DNA of 63,177 nucleotides, filler included, from Nemertoderma westbladi (lineage: Eukaryota; Animalia; Xenacoelomorpha): assembly GCA_032718475.1 (NCBI GenBank). It is 4 parts of 4 records of this genome, joined end to end, with 100 filler letters (N's around TTAATTAATTAA, not from the genome) between each part and the next. Parts side by side here need not be neighbours in the genome. Positions count along the whole stretch, not along the records: positions 29,659 to 55,959 come from JAUCBJ010000750.1; 3 more parts are not named here. One strand, written 5' to 3'. Below the pieces are notes generated by a model. It did not search any database and had not been told where the DNA came from. It saw only the letters and a list, made by a program, of their open reading frames with translations. Each line of letters starts with the position of its first letter. Within the stretch, counting starts at the first letter, position 1. Below, piece by piece: positions 37,217 through 49,135 of the stretch. A program made the translations under genes and the position numbers.

Positions 37217-38789
37217 GGTCCTACGAATTACCCCAAAATACCCCAAAAACACCCCAAAATACCCCAAAATACTCAAAAATACCCCAAAATAGTCAAATAT
37301 TACCCCAAAAAGGCTAAAAAATTACCCCAAAATAAGCTACCGGTAAGCGGTAACAATGTTTTTTAACAGCGAGGGAAAGGAGCAGGTTACAGTCCTATAT
37401 GGAATATTGACAAAAAGCGCGCCACACGGATTCTGGTTAAACGAAAAGCGCGCCAGCCATGACATTCAATGTGCGCCAACCGCCAACCATTGAAAGATTG
37501 ACCATTAAATTTTGCAATTATTGTAATCATTTTATCAGTTTATACTGCAGTACCTACGCTACAGACATAGAGTTAGACCCACTCCTACTGTATTTTAACA
37601 TGAAAATGCGAGCCCAGCGAGCAAGAAAATTTTGCAGAAAAGTAAACATGAATAGGCGTACAGTAATACTGTAATATTCAGATAGTAGGTCAACCGATTG
37701 TTTTTAAATACAGATGTGATTAAATTGCGTCTGTGCGTGCGTAGCGAGCAAGAAAATTTTAACATTTTTGGATCAACCGACTATTTTTTACCTACAGATG
37801 TGATTATGAATTAACATCGGACAGTCGGAGTGCAGGGAGCACGGAAAATCTGCTGAATCGTGGTTTTAGGCTATATTGGTGTGAACAATTGAAAAACCTT
37901 TCAAACAACTCATATTTTGAAAGACATTAAAACTTTGGCCTGATTGGCCATGATGATTAACGTGGATTGGATACGCTGAAACAGTACCTTCAATGCTCAA
38001 TCCAGCAATCTGTAGGTTTGTCCATAATGTGGGAGTGCAAAACAGTTCAAGGTACAGAACTACTTATATAGGTTAATAAACAAATACTGTAATAAAATAT
38101 CACTGTATGTAATCAAATATCCCTATTCTATTATAGTTATTAGACAGTTAGAATGATGAATAAGAGCTGAAGAGTAGAGCGTACAGTAGGCAGGCATAAT
38201 ACACAAACGCGAGCGGAGCGAGCGAAAATTTTTAAGGCCTAGGCAACTCTTTTTAAAATAGACTCTACTGGTAGACCGATATAATTTCAAGTAGAGTGGC
38301 TGGATGGATATGTTGCCATGCCAATGCATTTTGCTACTGTACATGACATCCATTTCCGCGCCAGGATCCTCAATGCGCGCCACACGCCCCTGTTCCTTCG
38401 CGCCAGGATCCTAAATGCGCGCCACACGCCCCTGTTCCTTCGCGCCAGGATCCTAAATGCGCGCCACACATGTTGAGCAAACTCTACATAAATTCCAACC
38501 TGGGTTACAGTGGCAAGTTTTTTTAACCAAAACAATAAACGAGAGTGAAGAAAAAATTATTTTGGGGTAATTCGTCATTATTTTGGGGTAATTCGTCATT
38601 TTGTCATATTTTGGGGTAAATTAAATTTCCAAAACAAAGGCTGAAAAAAAAGTATTTTGGGGTAATTCTAAACTATTTTGGGATATTTTGGGGTAATTCT
38701 AAACTATTTTGGGGTATTTTGGGGTAGTTTTATACTATTTTGGGGTCTTTTGGGGTGTTTTGGGGTATTTTGGGGTAATTCGTAGGACC
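37217..38789. mobile_element. Foldback element with TIRs built of ACCCCAAAAT subrepeats; internal 42-bp repeat at 38357-38468
   Basis: GGTCCTACGAATTACCCCAAAAT ... ATTTTGGGGTAATTCGTAGGACC; TSD unclear. Confidence 0.82.
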
Positions 38790-40151
38790 GGAGAGCCTGA
38801 GAGGTAATGGTACGGAATGCTGTACAGCTATCAGGCTATACAGCAGTAATTACAGTAGACATTCCCTCCATACTGCCATATCCATTGCACAATGTACTGG
38901 ACATATGATTTAGGCCTATGTCAGTATGTGTTGTGTGTAGTCCACCTCAGGCAGTCAGGACTGCAGGAGAAGTGCATACTAATGACAAATATACATTGGG
39001 ACAATATTTTTTCTCACCTGCTGCACGAAGGGAAAATCGATCTCTCATGACAAATTTTTTTAACATCATTAGGCCTAACCCTGCCCCGGTATGGTAAAAA
39101 TTATCCTTCACCGGTAACGTGGGGTATTTTTATACCCCAAATTGATAAGACATTTTAAGTAACATTAAGTACCTATGCTGGACTGTAGGGCTCGATCGGA
39201 GTTGGGATTTGGCTGGAGCCGGAGCAGGAGCCGGAGTTGGACAATTTGGCCGGAGCCGGAGCAGGAGCCGGAGTTTTTGAAAAATTTTTAAAATTTAATT
39301 ATTTATTTAAAAAAAAAAAAAGTATGGTTATCGTTCGCCAATCGCTCATAATCAATCATACTGCTGTACTGTAGGTCTAATTAATTTCATAATTTATAGA
39401 TTTGCGAATTTTCAATTTAAAATTTAAGTAATTAATTTATCACGGACAGACGGCCTGACGCTGACGGCTAAAAATTACCTACAGTACCTAACTCAGTAAC
39501 TCACTAACTGTCTAACTATGGTAGAGGTGTGTACAGTGTACTGTATGCTGTAGGTACTGAGGTACTGAGGTAGCCTACCCCTACCGCTGTACCGTACGTG
39601 TACCAGTACTGCAGTACATTATGCTGGCATGACAGTCAGTAAATGGCTGCAGTGGTACAGTGTACAATCATAGCATTTACAACAATTTTTACAGTAGGGC
39701 CTATCTGTAACAGTCTGCTAGTCAGCCAGCTGGCCAGTACCAGTACTGCAGTGCAGTACAGTCAGTCAGTACCAGACTACCGGGGAAGTCTGGAAGTTAG
39801 TAAGTTACTGTACCGGTTCGGTACCTAACTGCCTAACTAACCTCTGTCTGTCTGTACAGTCTGACAGTAGCACCAACATGACAGTTTGCATGCAAGGCCA
39901 ATTTACATACCCGGTCCGGTACCCGGCAAAATTCGTGACCCGGTTGAACAATAATCTGTACTGCTGTATGTTGGATAAAATTAATTAATAAATCAGTAAA
40001 TTGTCGGTAATAATGAACTGACAGATTGTAATTCGGTAGGGCCTACTTTATTTTAATCAGTAGGTTACAGGTTATGTAGGTCTAAAATTATTTTATGAAA
40101 TAGGCCTACCAGCTTACCGGTATGTCGAAAAATTGAATTTGTAAACTCAAT

Positions 40152-43100
40152 ATGCGGATTTACAAGAGTTTGTTTCTGTTCCAGACACGCACAGGTGCGC
40201 GTATCGACATTTGCGTTAAAAACTTGCGTTTATTTCTAACTCGAATATTGCTTATCATTTACAAAAGTATACCTCTTGTTGCGTTGTATATGATAATATT
40301 TGTTATTGTCGTGCCGGCAGTGTTGTTCTACCTCGTATTGAACACGCACGGTGCTCCGCAAATTAATAAGTCCATATATAGTTTCATGACTCCAAATCAC
40401 ATCACCGCCAGAAGGCAGGATGCCCTTTACGTTGCCATGAGAACTACTATCGGCGAATCTATTGACCGTATTGACACTCGTTCTGTCCCTGACAGACCGT
40501 CTGTACCTGGAATTGTAACTGTATTGGATTCAATCCGGAGGGATACCGGTACAGTTTTGGATTATAATTCTCGCGATATATACAAGACATTATATCCAGA
40601 TAACATTGACAGTGTTAAATCGATTCTTTATGATATCGATTCTTTTGTGCGATTCACGGAGGATACCAGTAACGATATACCCAGTGTACCGATGAGGACG
40701 AAAAGGACTACCGGTACTGAGATTGATGTTGATGGGAATTCATCATTTCCGTCACCAACCAATACGTTACTCTCATCAACAACTACATCATCAGCAACAA
40801 CAACGGACTCCGATACAGAAACTGTTAAAGTAAACCCTCCAATGGAACCGCAAACACGACTTGTTGGAATTATGGAACTTATATATCTCGTTCGATCTAA
40901 AGATGGCAAGCCAGGTAATATATTCGACGAACAATGCATTGATGACATTCATAAAATCGAGAAATCTATCAGAGAACACAAAAACTTTAATAACTTTTGT
41001 TTACGGAATGTTAAAGTTTATGAGATGGATCCTGCAATAGAGGCTTTGGGAGGCTGTCTGCCTGTCAACTCTTTACTGACCTACATGTACCCTTCCACGG
41101 TCAACGATACGCGTTACTACGATGGTTTAGGGCCGCTTCGTACCCCGGACATAAACGAATCACTCCGATTGGCCAGCAGTTACTCATCCTTCTACTGGTA
41201 TGTGAGCAACGATTATTCCCCTGTCACAATGTCTTCCACGGTCCTCAAAAGTCAAGTCATGTTTGGCCTCCCGCTCGCCGGTTTCCACAACAACAGCGAC
41301 AGACGAGACGAACAAGTTGCTCTGTTCAAAGAGTTTGTTCTCACGTACAACGATATTCTGTCCGACGCCTCTACAGAACGAGTGCGCGTCCTCTATGGAG
41401 GCCCAACTCTCTTTGACTTTCTAGTCGATCAGGTTTTCTGGAACGACATTCGTCTCGCTTCCATCAGCCTCATTGTTATCTTTATCACCATGGTCATCAT
41501 GACTTCGTTGTCATTGTGGTTATCATTTATTGGTGTCCTTTGCATCCTAGTCAGTTTGATCTACTCCTTCTTTATGTACCGTTACGTTTTCGATATTCCC
41601 ACGCTTGGTATCCTCAATGGCGCCGCAATCTTTGTAATTCTTGGTATCGGCGTTGACGACGTCTTCATCACTATCAGCATATTCCGTGGTTTCGGGTCTC
41701 GTGTCGGCCTCCAGGAGCGAATCCTCGCTACGCTCTGCATCGCAGGGAAGGCGACCTTCTTCACCTCGGCGACCACCGCTGTCTCCTACGGGGCCAACAT
41801 CTACTCCCACATCCCCGCGGTCCACGATTTCGGGCTGTTTATGTCGTTGTTGATCTGCTTCTGTTGGGTCAATGTTATCGTCATTATGCCCTGCGCGCTC
41901 ATCCTTTGGTGGGTCTGTCTGCGACGGGCGGAGCTCGCTTGCTCTCGTCTCTGTCGTCGCGGTCTCCGCAGCTCGCCGGAGGCCTCGGAACAAGTGTCGC
42001 TAATGCTGTCGGCTAATCATTGTGATGAGTCCCCGCTAGATGGGGTATCCGTAGGTTTCGTAGGGTCGAAATCGGATGACATCATCCTGTTGGATCGTTT
42101 CGATGGCAAAGGGGACGCAGAAAGTGGGGTGGCTGACTCTATCGTCGGTCTCAAACAGTCTGTTGTAGAGATAACTCCTAATAAAGTTGTTCTTAATTCT
42201 GTTATGGAATCCGCACCTAACTGTGTTATGGAAACCGTACCTAACTCTCTTAAGGGAACCGTACCTAACTGTGTTATGGAAACCGTACCTAACTTTCCTA
42301 AGGGAACCGTACCTAACTGTGTTATGGAAACCGTACCTAACTCTCCTAAGGGAACCGTACCTAACTGTGTTATGGAAACCGTACCTAATTCTGTTAAGGA
42401 AACTGTGCCTAACTGTGTGAAGGGAACCTTGTCTAACTGTGTTATGGAAACCGCACCTAACTGTGTTACGGAAACCGTGCCTAACTCTGGTTTTGAATCT
42501 GTTCCATTTACCCCGAGCATTTTTTCAGACTCCAATGAGGACATCAATGAGTTAAAAAATAACTTTCGTGCTAAAGACTCGTATGAATCAACAAAGGACT
42601 CGTCCCAAGGTGCCGACGGTTTACTCACTCGCATCTTTTACAAATACTCAGGGTATATCTGGCTGCTTCGGTGGCCGATTATCCTTTTATTCCTTCTGTG
42701 TTTCTCGGCGTCGGTTTACTGCGTTACGCGGCTAGAGGCGGCCGCGAAACCTCCGCAGATGTTCCGCTCGGGTTCCAACCTGCAACTATTCCTCGAGATG
42801 AAGATGAATCTGAGTACCTCGGACGTCCTCTGCGGTGAGTGTTCCGGGATATTCCACACGCTGTTGGACTTACAGGAAGGCAGACTGACTGGCGGAGCGA
42901 TCAGTCGACGTAGTTCCCGGTCAAGCGAGACCGATTGGAGTTCAAACATTGGGATTCTAATCGACGCTCTATTGGCTAACAGTGTCAGCCTCGACTCTAA
43001 CGAGACGCTCCCGGATTCCGAGTGTTCCGATTGCGGCTCTGTCCGGAATGTTTCTCAGCTTCCATCGGGGCCGCGGATTATTGCGACACCGGCACCGCGA

Positions 43101-44297
43101 CCGATGACCAGGTCAATGGCCACCGTCTACGTCGTCTTCGGAATCCGGGACATCAACCGAACCGCCGAGGATGACGTCGGCGAGACCGGCGTGGTAGACC
43201 TGGTTGGTCGAGTCGTCTACGACGAGAGTTTCAACGTGCTGTCGGGGCAGACGGTGAGCGAGTTGTGCAGGATATGTCGTGCGATTGGGTCCAATGCGGA
43301 GTTAGTCAGACCGAACGGGGCCCAATGCTTCCCACCCGCTCTGTACGACTTTATAGGCGGGTTGACTCAATATTCCGAGTGTAAGGGACTCCCTCAGGCA
43401 CTGCTGCTCGGGAAGTCACGCAGTCTGGCTACCATTGGCTACTCGCGTAAACGAATTAGGTACTACGCGATGGCATTCGAATCGACAACCTTCAAAGGAA
43501 TTTCGTCGTTCGAAGCCGCGAAGGATTACAGGAAGTGGGAGGAGTTCGTTTCGGGATTGATCTCTAAACTTCCTGAGGATTCCCTCTTGTCTTCGGGCTA
43601 CCAGACTAGCTCCTTCTGGGTGCGCGTTTATCTCGAGGTATTGGGAGTCGCCTCTGCCAAGTACAGCCTCACTCTCTCGACTATCGTGTGTGCCATCGCC
43701 GTTACCGTGTTCACCTGTAACGCAACTCTCATTATTGTTATCATTCTGTGCATCGCGGGGGTAGTTGTCTCGATGTTGAGTCTCTTCTACGCGATGGGCT
43801 GGCAGGTCGGGGCTATCGAAGCGACTTCCCTGAGCATCCTAGTCGGTTCCGCCGTGGATTACTCCTTCCATCTCGTCGATTCTTACAACCGCGCCGGTTC
43901 CGATCCCATTCCCAAAGTTCTGCGTTCGCGCGGCGTGCAGCGCCGTTGGCGCGTGCGTTACGCCCTCGTGCAGATGGGCCCCTCCGTAGTTTCCAGCGCA
44001 CTCACTACTATTTTCGCAACTCTCCCTCTAATACTCGCGAACTTTCACCCCTTCGCTAAGTTCGGTGCTATTATCGCGCTTAATTCCGCAACTTCTGCGT
44101 TCTTTGCTCTGGTTGTCTGCCCCGCCTTACTTTGCGTTCTTGGTCCTGCCACATACACTTCCAGTTGGAAATCTTCTTTGAAATGTTTTATTTTTGTTTC
44201 CTGCGCTATCGGAATCTGCGCATGGATTATTTTCGTTGTTGCTTCAGTGACCGGTATAAATATAATTTCACCAGAATATGGAAATGAAACTTTTTGA
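40152..44297 (+). CDS. DISP3: Dispatched homolog 3 / PTCHD2-like RND-family sterol-sensing membrane protein (1381 aa), single ORF
   Basis: 12-TM RND layout; SSD GIGVDD and second-half GSAVDY motifs; segments NIF...IHKIEK.I, YYDGLG, FYWYV, VLYGGPTLFD, LGILNGAA and IPAVHDFGLFM match DISP3 as I recall it. An acceptor-like site at 40183 leaves an upstream exon possible. Confidence 0.9.
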   Translation: MRIYKSLFLFQTRTGARIDICVKNLRLFLTRILLIIYKSIPLVALYMIIFVIVVPAVLFYLVLNTHGAPQINKSIYSFMTPNHITARRQDALYVAMRTTIGESIDRIDTRSVPDRPSVPGIVTVLDSIRRDTGTVLDYNSRDIYKTLYPDNIDSVKSILYDIDSFVRFTEDTSNDIPSVPMRTKRTTGTEIDVDGNSSFPSPTNTLLSSTTTSSATTTDSDTETVKVNPPMEPQTRLVGIMELIYLVRSKDGKPGNIFDEQCIDDIHKIEKSIREHKNFNNFCLRNVKVYEMDPAIEALGGCLPVNSLLTYMYPSTVNDTRYYDGLGPLRTPDINESLRLASSYSSFYWYVSNDYSPVTMSSTVLKSQVMFGLPLAGFHNNSDRRDEQVALFKEFVLTYNDILSDASTERVRVLYGGPTLFDFLVDQVFWNDIRLASISLIVIFITMVIMTSLSLWLSFIGVLCILVSLIYSFFMYRYVFDIPTLGILNGAAIFVILGIGVDDVFITISIFRGFGSRVGLQERILATLCIAGKATFFTSATTAVSYGANIYSHIPAVHDFGLFMSLLICFCWVNVIVIMPCALILWWVCLRRAELACSRLCRRGLRSSPEASEQVSLMLSANHCDESPLDGVSVGFVGSKSDDIILLDRFDGKGDAESGVADSIVGLKQSVVEITPNKVVLNSVMESAPNCVMETVPNSLKGTVPNCVMETVPNFPKGTVPNCVMETVPNSPKGTVPNCVMETVPNSVKETVPNCVKGTLSNCVMETAPNCVTETVPNSGFESVPFTPSIFSDSNEDINELKNNFRAKDSYESTKDSSQGADGLLTRIFYKYSGYIWLLRWPIILLFLLCFSASVYCVTRLEAAAKPPQMFRSGSNLQLFLEMKMNLSTSDVLCGECSGIFHTLLDLQEGRLTGGAISRRSSRSSETDWSSNIGILIDALLANSVSLDSNETLPDSECSDCGSVRNVSQLPSGPRIIATPAPRPMTRSMATVYVVFGIRDINRTAEDDVGETGVVDLVGRVVYDESFNVLSGQTVSELCRICRAIGSNAELVRPNGAQCFPPALYDFIGGLTQYSECKGLPQALLLGKSRSLATIGYSRKRIRYYAMAFESTTFKGISSFEAAKDYRKWEEFVSGLISKLPEDSLLSSGYQTSSFWVRVYLEVLGVASAKYSLTLSTIVCAIAVTVFTCNATLIIVIILCIAGVVVSMLSLFYAMGWQVGAIEATSLSILVGSAVDYSFHLVDSYNRAGSDPIPKVLRSRGVQRRWRVRYALVQMGPSVVSSALTTIFATLPLILANFHPFAKFGAIIALNSATSAFFALVVCPALLCVLGPATYTSSWKSSLKCFIFVSCAIGICAWIIFVVASVTGINIISPEYGNETF
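42170..42505 (+). repeat. Coding 24/48-bp minisatellite in the DISP3 central loop
   Basis: About 13 octapeptides alternating CVMETVPN and SxKGTVPN. Confidence 0.93.
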
Positions 44298-44938
44298 TTT
44301 AATTTATTTGCTAAATTGATGTAGTAAATGTGGTGCGGTTGTTTAGAATACTTTATTTTTTGTTTGTCAATACTTTATTCAACTTCAAGTTTCACAATAA
44401 CCTACTCTTTTTTCAATATATTATTTATTTAGTTATTTTAATTATATATTTAAATGTGTAAGTGGCAAAATATAAATTTTTTGTCTTATTTGGTTCACGC
44501 CGCTTTCCATTTAATTATTTTTTCGTTTGATTAAAAATAACTATTTAAATGGTGGCTAAAAAATGTGGTAGTTACTTTTTGTCACCATCTTTGTCACATT
44601 ATCTGTAGAAAGTAACTTTAAAAAATACCAGAAATTTCGTCCATCGAAGTTACTTCCATTTTGAATTAACTAAAGGGAAGTAGTAAAATAGGTAGTGTAG
44701 ACCCTATTATAATATTATAGTATTCTAGAATATTAAATAACCTGTGGATACCATCAGCGCTATGTATTTTAATGTAATATTATTATTAATGTCATGGAAA
44801 TACTTTGAAATGGAATTCGAACATTACTTTTTTCTGAATGGTATAGCTGACAAAAATTCCCTGCTCCAAAAAATCGAAGCATTAGTAACATTTCCATTTT
44901 TTTTCTCCTTGGTGGGCACTATCATGCTGACAGTGATA

Positions 44939-45198
44939 AGGCCCGTTTGCGCGCTGTTTTTTTTAGCTTTATGTCAAGCTTTTTTTAGTTAAAACAATTT
45001 CTAGAAATTCATTGCTTCAAGATGAATCTGAGTAATTTGGAATGTTAAAACCTAAAATATAGAATAAAGCTCCATAAAAAAGCTTATAATGGAATTGTTA
45101 TAATAAAGCTTGTAAATAAGCTAAAATAAACGCTAGAAAAACAGCTCAAAAAAAGCTCAGAATACCGCACATAAAAAATGCAGCGCGGAAACGGGCCT
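44939..45198. mobile_element. MITE of about 260 bp
   Basis: AGGCCCGTTTGCGCGCTG / CAGCGCGGAAACGGGCCT; ATA on both flanks. Confidence 0.65.
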
Positions 45199-48100
45199 AT
45201 AGACAGGTTAATGTAAATTGTATTCCTTTCACATTGAATCACATGTACAATTAATTACTCAACTTTCTCTTTCAATTTTCTCATTTCAACATTTCTATCA
45301 TTTTCTACCCTACTTTTTGTTTGCCACTAGGCCAATTTCTTTATAATTTCAATCAATAAATATTATGTTCCTATACATAGTTTTTGGAGCGTGGAATTTT
45401 TGTCATCTATATAACCAAAGTTACTCACAAAAAAACTTTGTTTTTCACTAAGCCACTCTCAATTTGTTCTTTAAAAAAAGTGGTCAGATAATATATTTTA
45501 CGACATTCTTTGACTTTATTTATTTTTGGATACGGTTTATTTTTCTATGCAGTTCAACGCTAATCGTTCAATATTATGCAGGTTCGATATTATGCAGGTA
45601 GCATTCAGGTATTAAAGACTTATCTAGTACGTTCAATACAGGGGCAATACCTATAATTCACCACAAACGTTGCGAATATTATATTTACTAATGGCGCGGA
45701 AAGCATAAATCTTATAGGTTTTAGTTTTGTAATTTATATGACAGTTATGATAATTTCACAGAATAATTGATTGTCAATAATTTTTGATCTTTAAAATGTA
45801 TTAATTCTTTGAACTGTTGGATATTTCATATTATATATATTATATTTCATATTTACAACTAATCCATTAATAATGTTATTACAAATATGTAATAATGTAA
45901 ATACATAGGATATCCAACAACAACCACTCATGATGAAAACAATTATGTTGTCGTAAAATATTATTGAAATGTATTTCCCCATTTATTGCATGTCTTTGTC
46001 ATTTAGAGACAGGGTGGGGGGGGGGGGGGACTTGACGCAAATCCCATCTCGGCGAATACCTATTTCGTCTCAATGTTAAATTACAAATTTAAGGAAAGGA
46101 GCAGGTTACACTGGCTCGGTATTCTAACAAAAACATTAAACGGAAGTCAAAACAATTAAGAAAAGGTTACAGTTTTATTATTGAGAGTTATCAGCTGTTA
46201 TTTGCGTCGATTTCCCCTGGAGAGGGATGGATTTTGATTGCATCTACAGCCCCCCCCCCCTGGCCATTTGTTATCAAAGAAAATATTTACGCGATATTTG
46301 AATATCTACAATATTCAATTCAATTCAGTTCAATTGTTCATTTATTATTTATGTTTAGTGAACATAAATATTGGTTTTATGCACCATCAAATACCCATTC
46401 ACCAACTGTATAGTGTGTGTGTATCCAAATAAAAATTCGGGTGGGAAATTTTAATAGATGTTGCAGTAAGTGAGTGTTGCGAGCGACTAAGTAAGCGAGA
46501 TTAGCTGTTTATTCAACCGCTGTCTGTCGGTCGATCGGTCTGTCACCTAATGTTAGAAGGCTATTACCGGTAACTCAATCAATATATGCGTGAAAGTACT
46601 GCTGATAAAAAAACCATAAAATGAAACATTCTTGTTAAATAATTTGTACTATACTTTGTGCTTGTGGAACTGTCGAATGATATTAATGTTAGTAATAATT
46701 TATCAAAAAATTTTGCACCAAATTTGTAACAAATTAATTTCATCAATATTAAATTAAGATATTTAGACTTTTAAAGTCCCTGACCTACTGCTAGGAGTGC
46801 TAGTCAAGGCAGCTATAGTTATTATGATGACCATAGTGAATGATTAATATAATATAATATACATTTTGAGTGTCGAAAGAGTGGCGTCTCTCGAAATTGT
46901 CAAGTCAGTTGTATTAGTAATGTGGTATATAGCTAAATAACTGTCAATACTAACTTCGTTAGGTGGTATTAATATTTGGAATAAATAATTAATTGCTCGA
47001 CTAAATTATTACCTCATGAACAAGAACCTTTAGTATTGTTTTTATAAATTCCTACAATTTTTACCAATATAAAAAGTCGAATGTAAAAAGAATCGTAAAA
47101 AGACTCGCCTTTAATATTTTAATTCGAATCGCCTTTTTGTTGTAGAAATAATTGTTTTCGGTTCGATTTGGACCAGTTCGATTTCAGTGTCGCGGTATTG
47201 AATTTATTTATTTATATTTTAATTGTATATCATTATTTATATATTTTATTTGCAATGTTTATGGATTTTTACAATTTTTATTTAAATTCGCTGTGATTTT
47301 TCTGATGTAATTTTTCGGAATTTTACCTCGACTCCACAAATTATCTTTAGTCGTATTAACTGACTCCATAAATTTGTATATCTTTGTATATATATTTTAT
47401 ATAATTATTTACTCGTTTTTATTTATCTCAAATAATTATTATATTTACTTTAGGCCTACCATAAAACTTTCCAAAGTTGGCATAGTGACACTTTTATTTT
47501 TGTATAGCTATTATTGTGTAGTAAACTCAAGACGTTATAAACACCATTTATTTAGTAAGTTTAGTTCTGTAAGTTCTGATATACAAATCCCTTTTAGAGA
47601 AGTAAGGCATAACTATAAACATTCACAGGTGATTTATTTTCCTATTGATCTATCCTCCTTGTCTTTTTGGTGCTAGTGATATTAATTTTTGGAATATTTT
47701 CCATTTAAATATTTAGTTGTTTTGTTTCGGTTTAATGTTTTTATAGGGTTTATGATTAATCTCTTTTTTACTTTTCCAATTCTTCTTTATATTATTTTAT
47801 CGTGCCTATTATTTATGCATAATGTACTAAATATATGCATTTAGAGTAATTGATATATATGTTAACAGTATACGTTTATGTAGAAAAAAATTAAAAAAAA
47901 CGAATTTAAGCTTCTGATTTACAAACTTTTAACATACTGTTTCGCGACACACCGCTTCTGTAAGCTGCAGTAATACTGCAGTTAATGATATGCTGCAGCA
48001 ATGCTGTGTACTACAGTAATCAATAAAATGAAAGTAATTGGTGATCGACATACATGTTAATAACTCATAATAATATGCCTATCTCATAATATTTGTCCTG

Positions 48101-48270
48101 GATTCTTCTGCATTTTCACCTACCGCATAAAGTCAACCGCCGTATAAGGTTGTACATTATGTCAGTGGTGCAAACAAAGTGGTCCCAAATACCTCGACTG
48201 TGTGTTTAGTAATTTAATAATTTAAAATATAAATTTTAAAAACTAAAGTAAATGGAGCCTGGTATAGTGG

Positions 48271-48523
48271 ACTTTGCAGGACATTGCTTTCGCCGTGAGG
48301 ACCAGCCAGTGCATAATCTTGTACTTTGGCAGCCTCATGGAGTGAATAAGCATGGTGGACAGCCCATGACTTTCTTGAGACGCATCTTAAAGGACACTGG
48401 CCTTGAAGATGTGGATTATCTAGCAAATGTCATGGGTGATAAGGAGTTGTGGCGGTGCAATTTTATCGACAAGCCGGAACAGCATTCTTAAAAATGCAGC
48501 TGCAATGCAGCATGCCGACCCTA
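48271..48523 (+). mobile_element. Short 5'-truncated RTE copy with 9-bp TSD
   Basis: FAGHCFRREDQPVH and 3' UTR; GTATAGTGG at 48262-70 and 48524-32. Confidence 0.9.
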
Positions 48524-49135
48524 GTATAGTGGCAGTGTTTCTAACCAAAACAATAAACGAAAATAGATTTGTATGCGACCAATTTGTGCTATTTTTTCAC
48601 GTGCGGTACTACCTGCATTTTATGTACATTCTCCCTCTTTCAACCTACAGAGACAGAGTTTATAATATTAAGTTTTCTAATAACGCCATCAAGATGGCTT
48701 TAAACGAACCTGTCTTACACAGACTCCAAGAAACAGATGGGATTGGAAGATGCAAACCAAGAATGACTTACATCAACCAAAAAACTTCCTCCCTTTTAAT
48801 GTAATACACATTCGCCTAGGCAAACAAATAATAATCACAATTACTGCGATCGCGATGTGTGAAATGTTATCCCTATCCGCAACCAGGGTAACGGCCCAAA
48901 AGAGCAGTTTAATCTGCGGAGGGGTCTTTCTGTATTAGATAAATAAAATAAAGAATACGAACTATTTATACCTAATAAATTCTTAGTTAGCCTAATAAAA
49001 ACATCGGAGCAACCAATATAATGTACAGTACAAGCCTCCTATAAAAGTTTGTGAATTCTTCCATTAAGTCTACACAACAGCCATTGGTACCCGGCTGGCA
49101 CCCTGGTTCAGTTTTCTGGTTTTGTTAGATTTTAA

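Larger units (their letters stand above)
33774..39953. mobile_element. 6.2-kb non-autonomous hAT-like element with nested inserts
   Basis: TIR TATTGTTCAACCGG / CCGGTTGAACAATA; 8-bp TSD ATCTGTAC at 33766-73 and 39954-61; CCGG-rich subterminal repeats; no transposase ORF. Confidence 0.88.

Noticed and set aside
40628-44059. Short antisense and alternate-frame ORFs over DISP3 (likewise over the RTE and CRE copies)
   Set aside because: Shadow ORFs with no independent motifs.
4340-44297. FGF, LamG and DISP3 as a linked signalling cluster or Maverick cargo
   Set aside because: They lie on different contig pieces separated by artificial linkers, and no Maverick TIRs enclose them.
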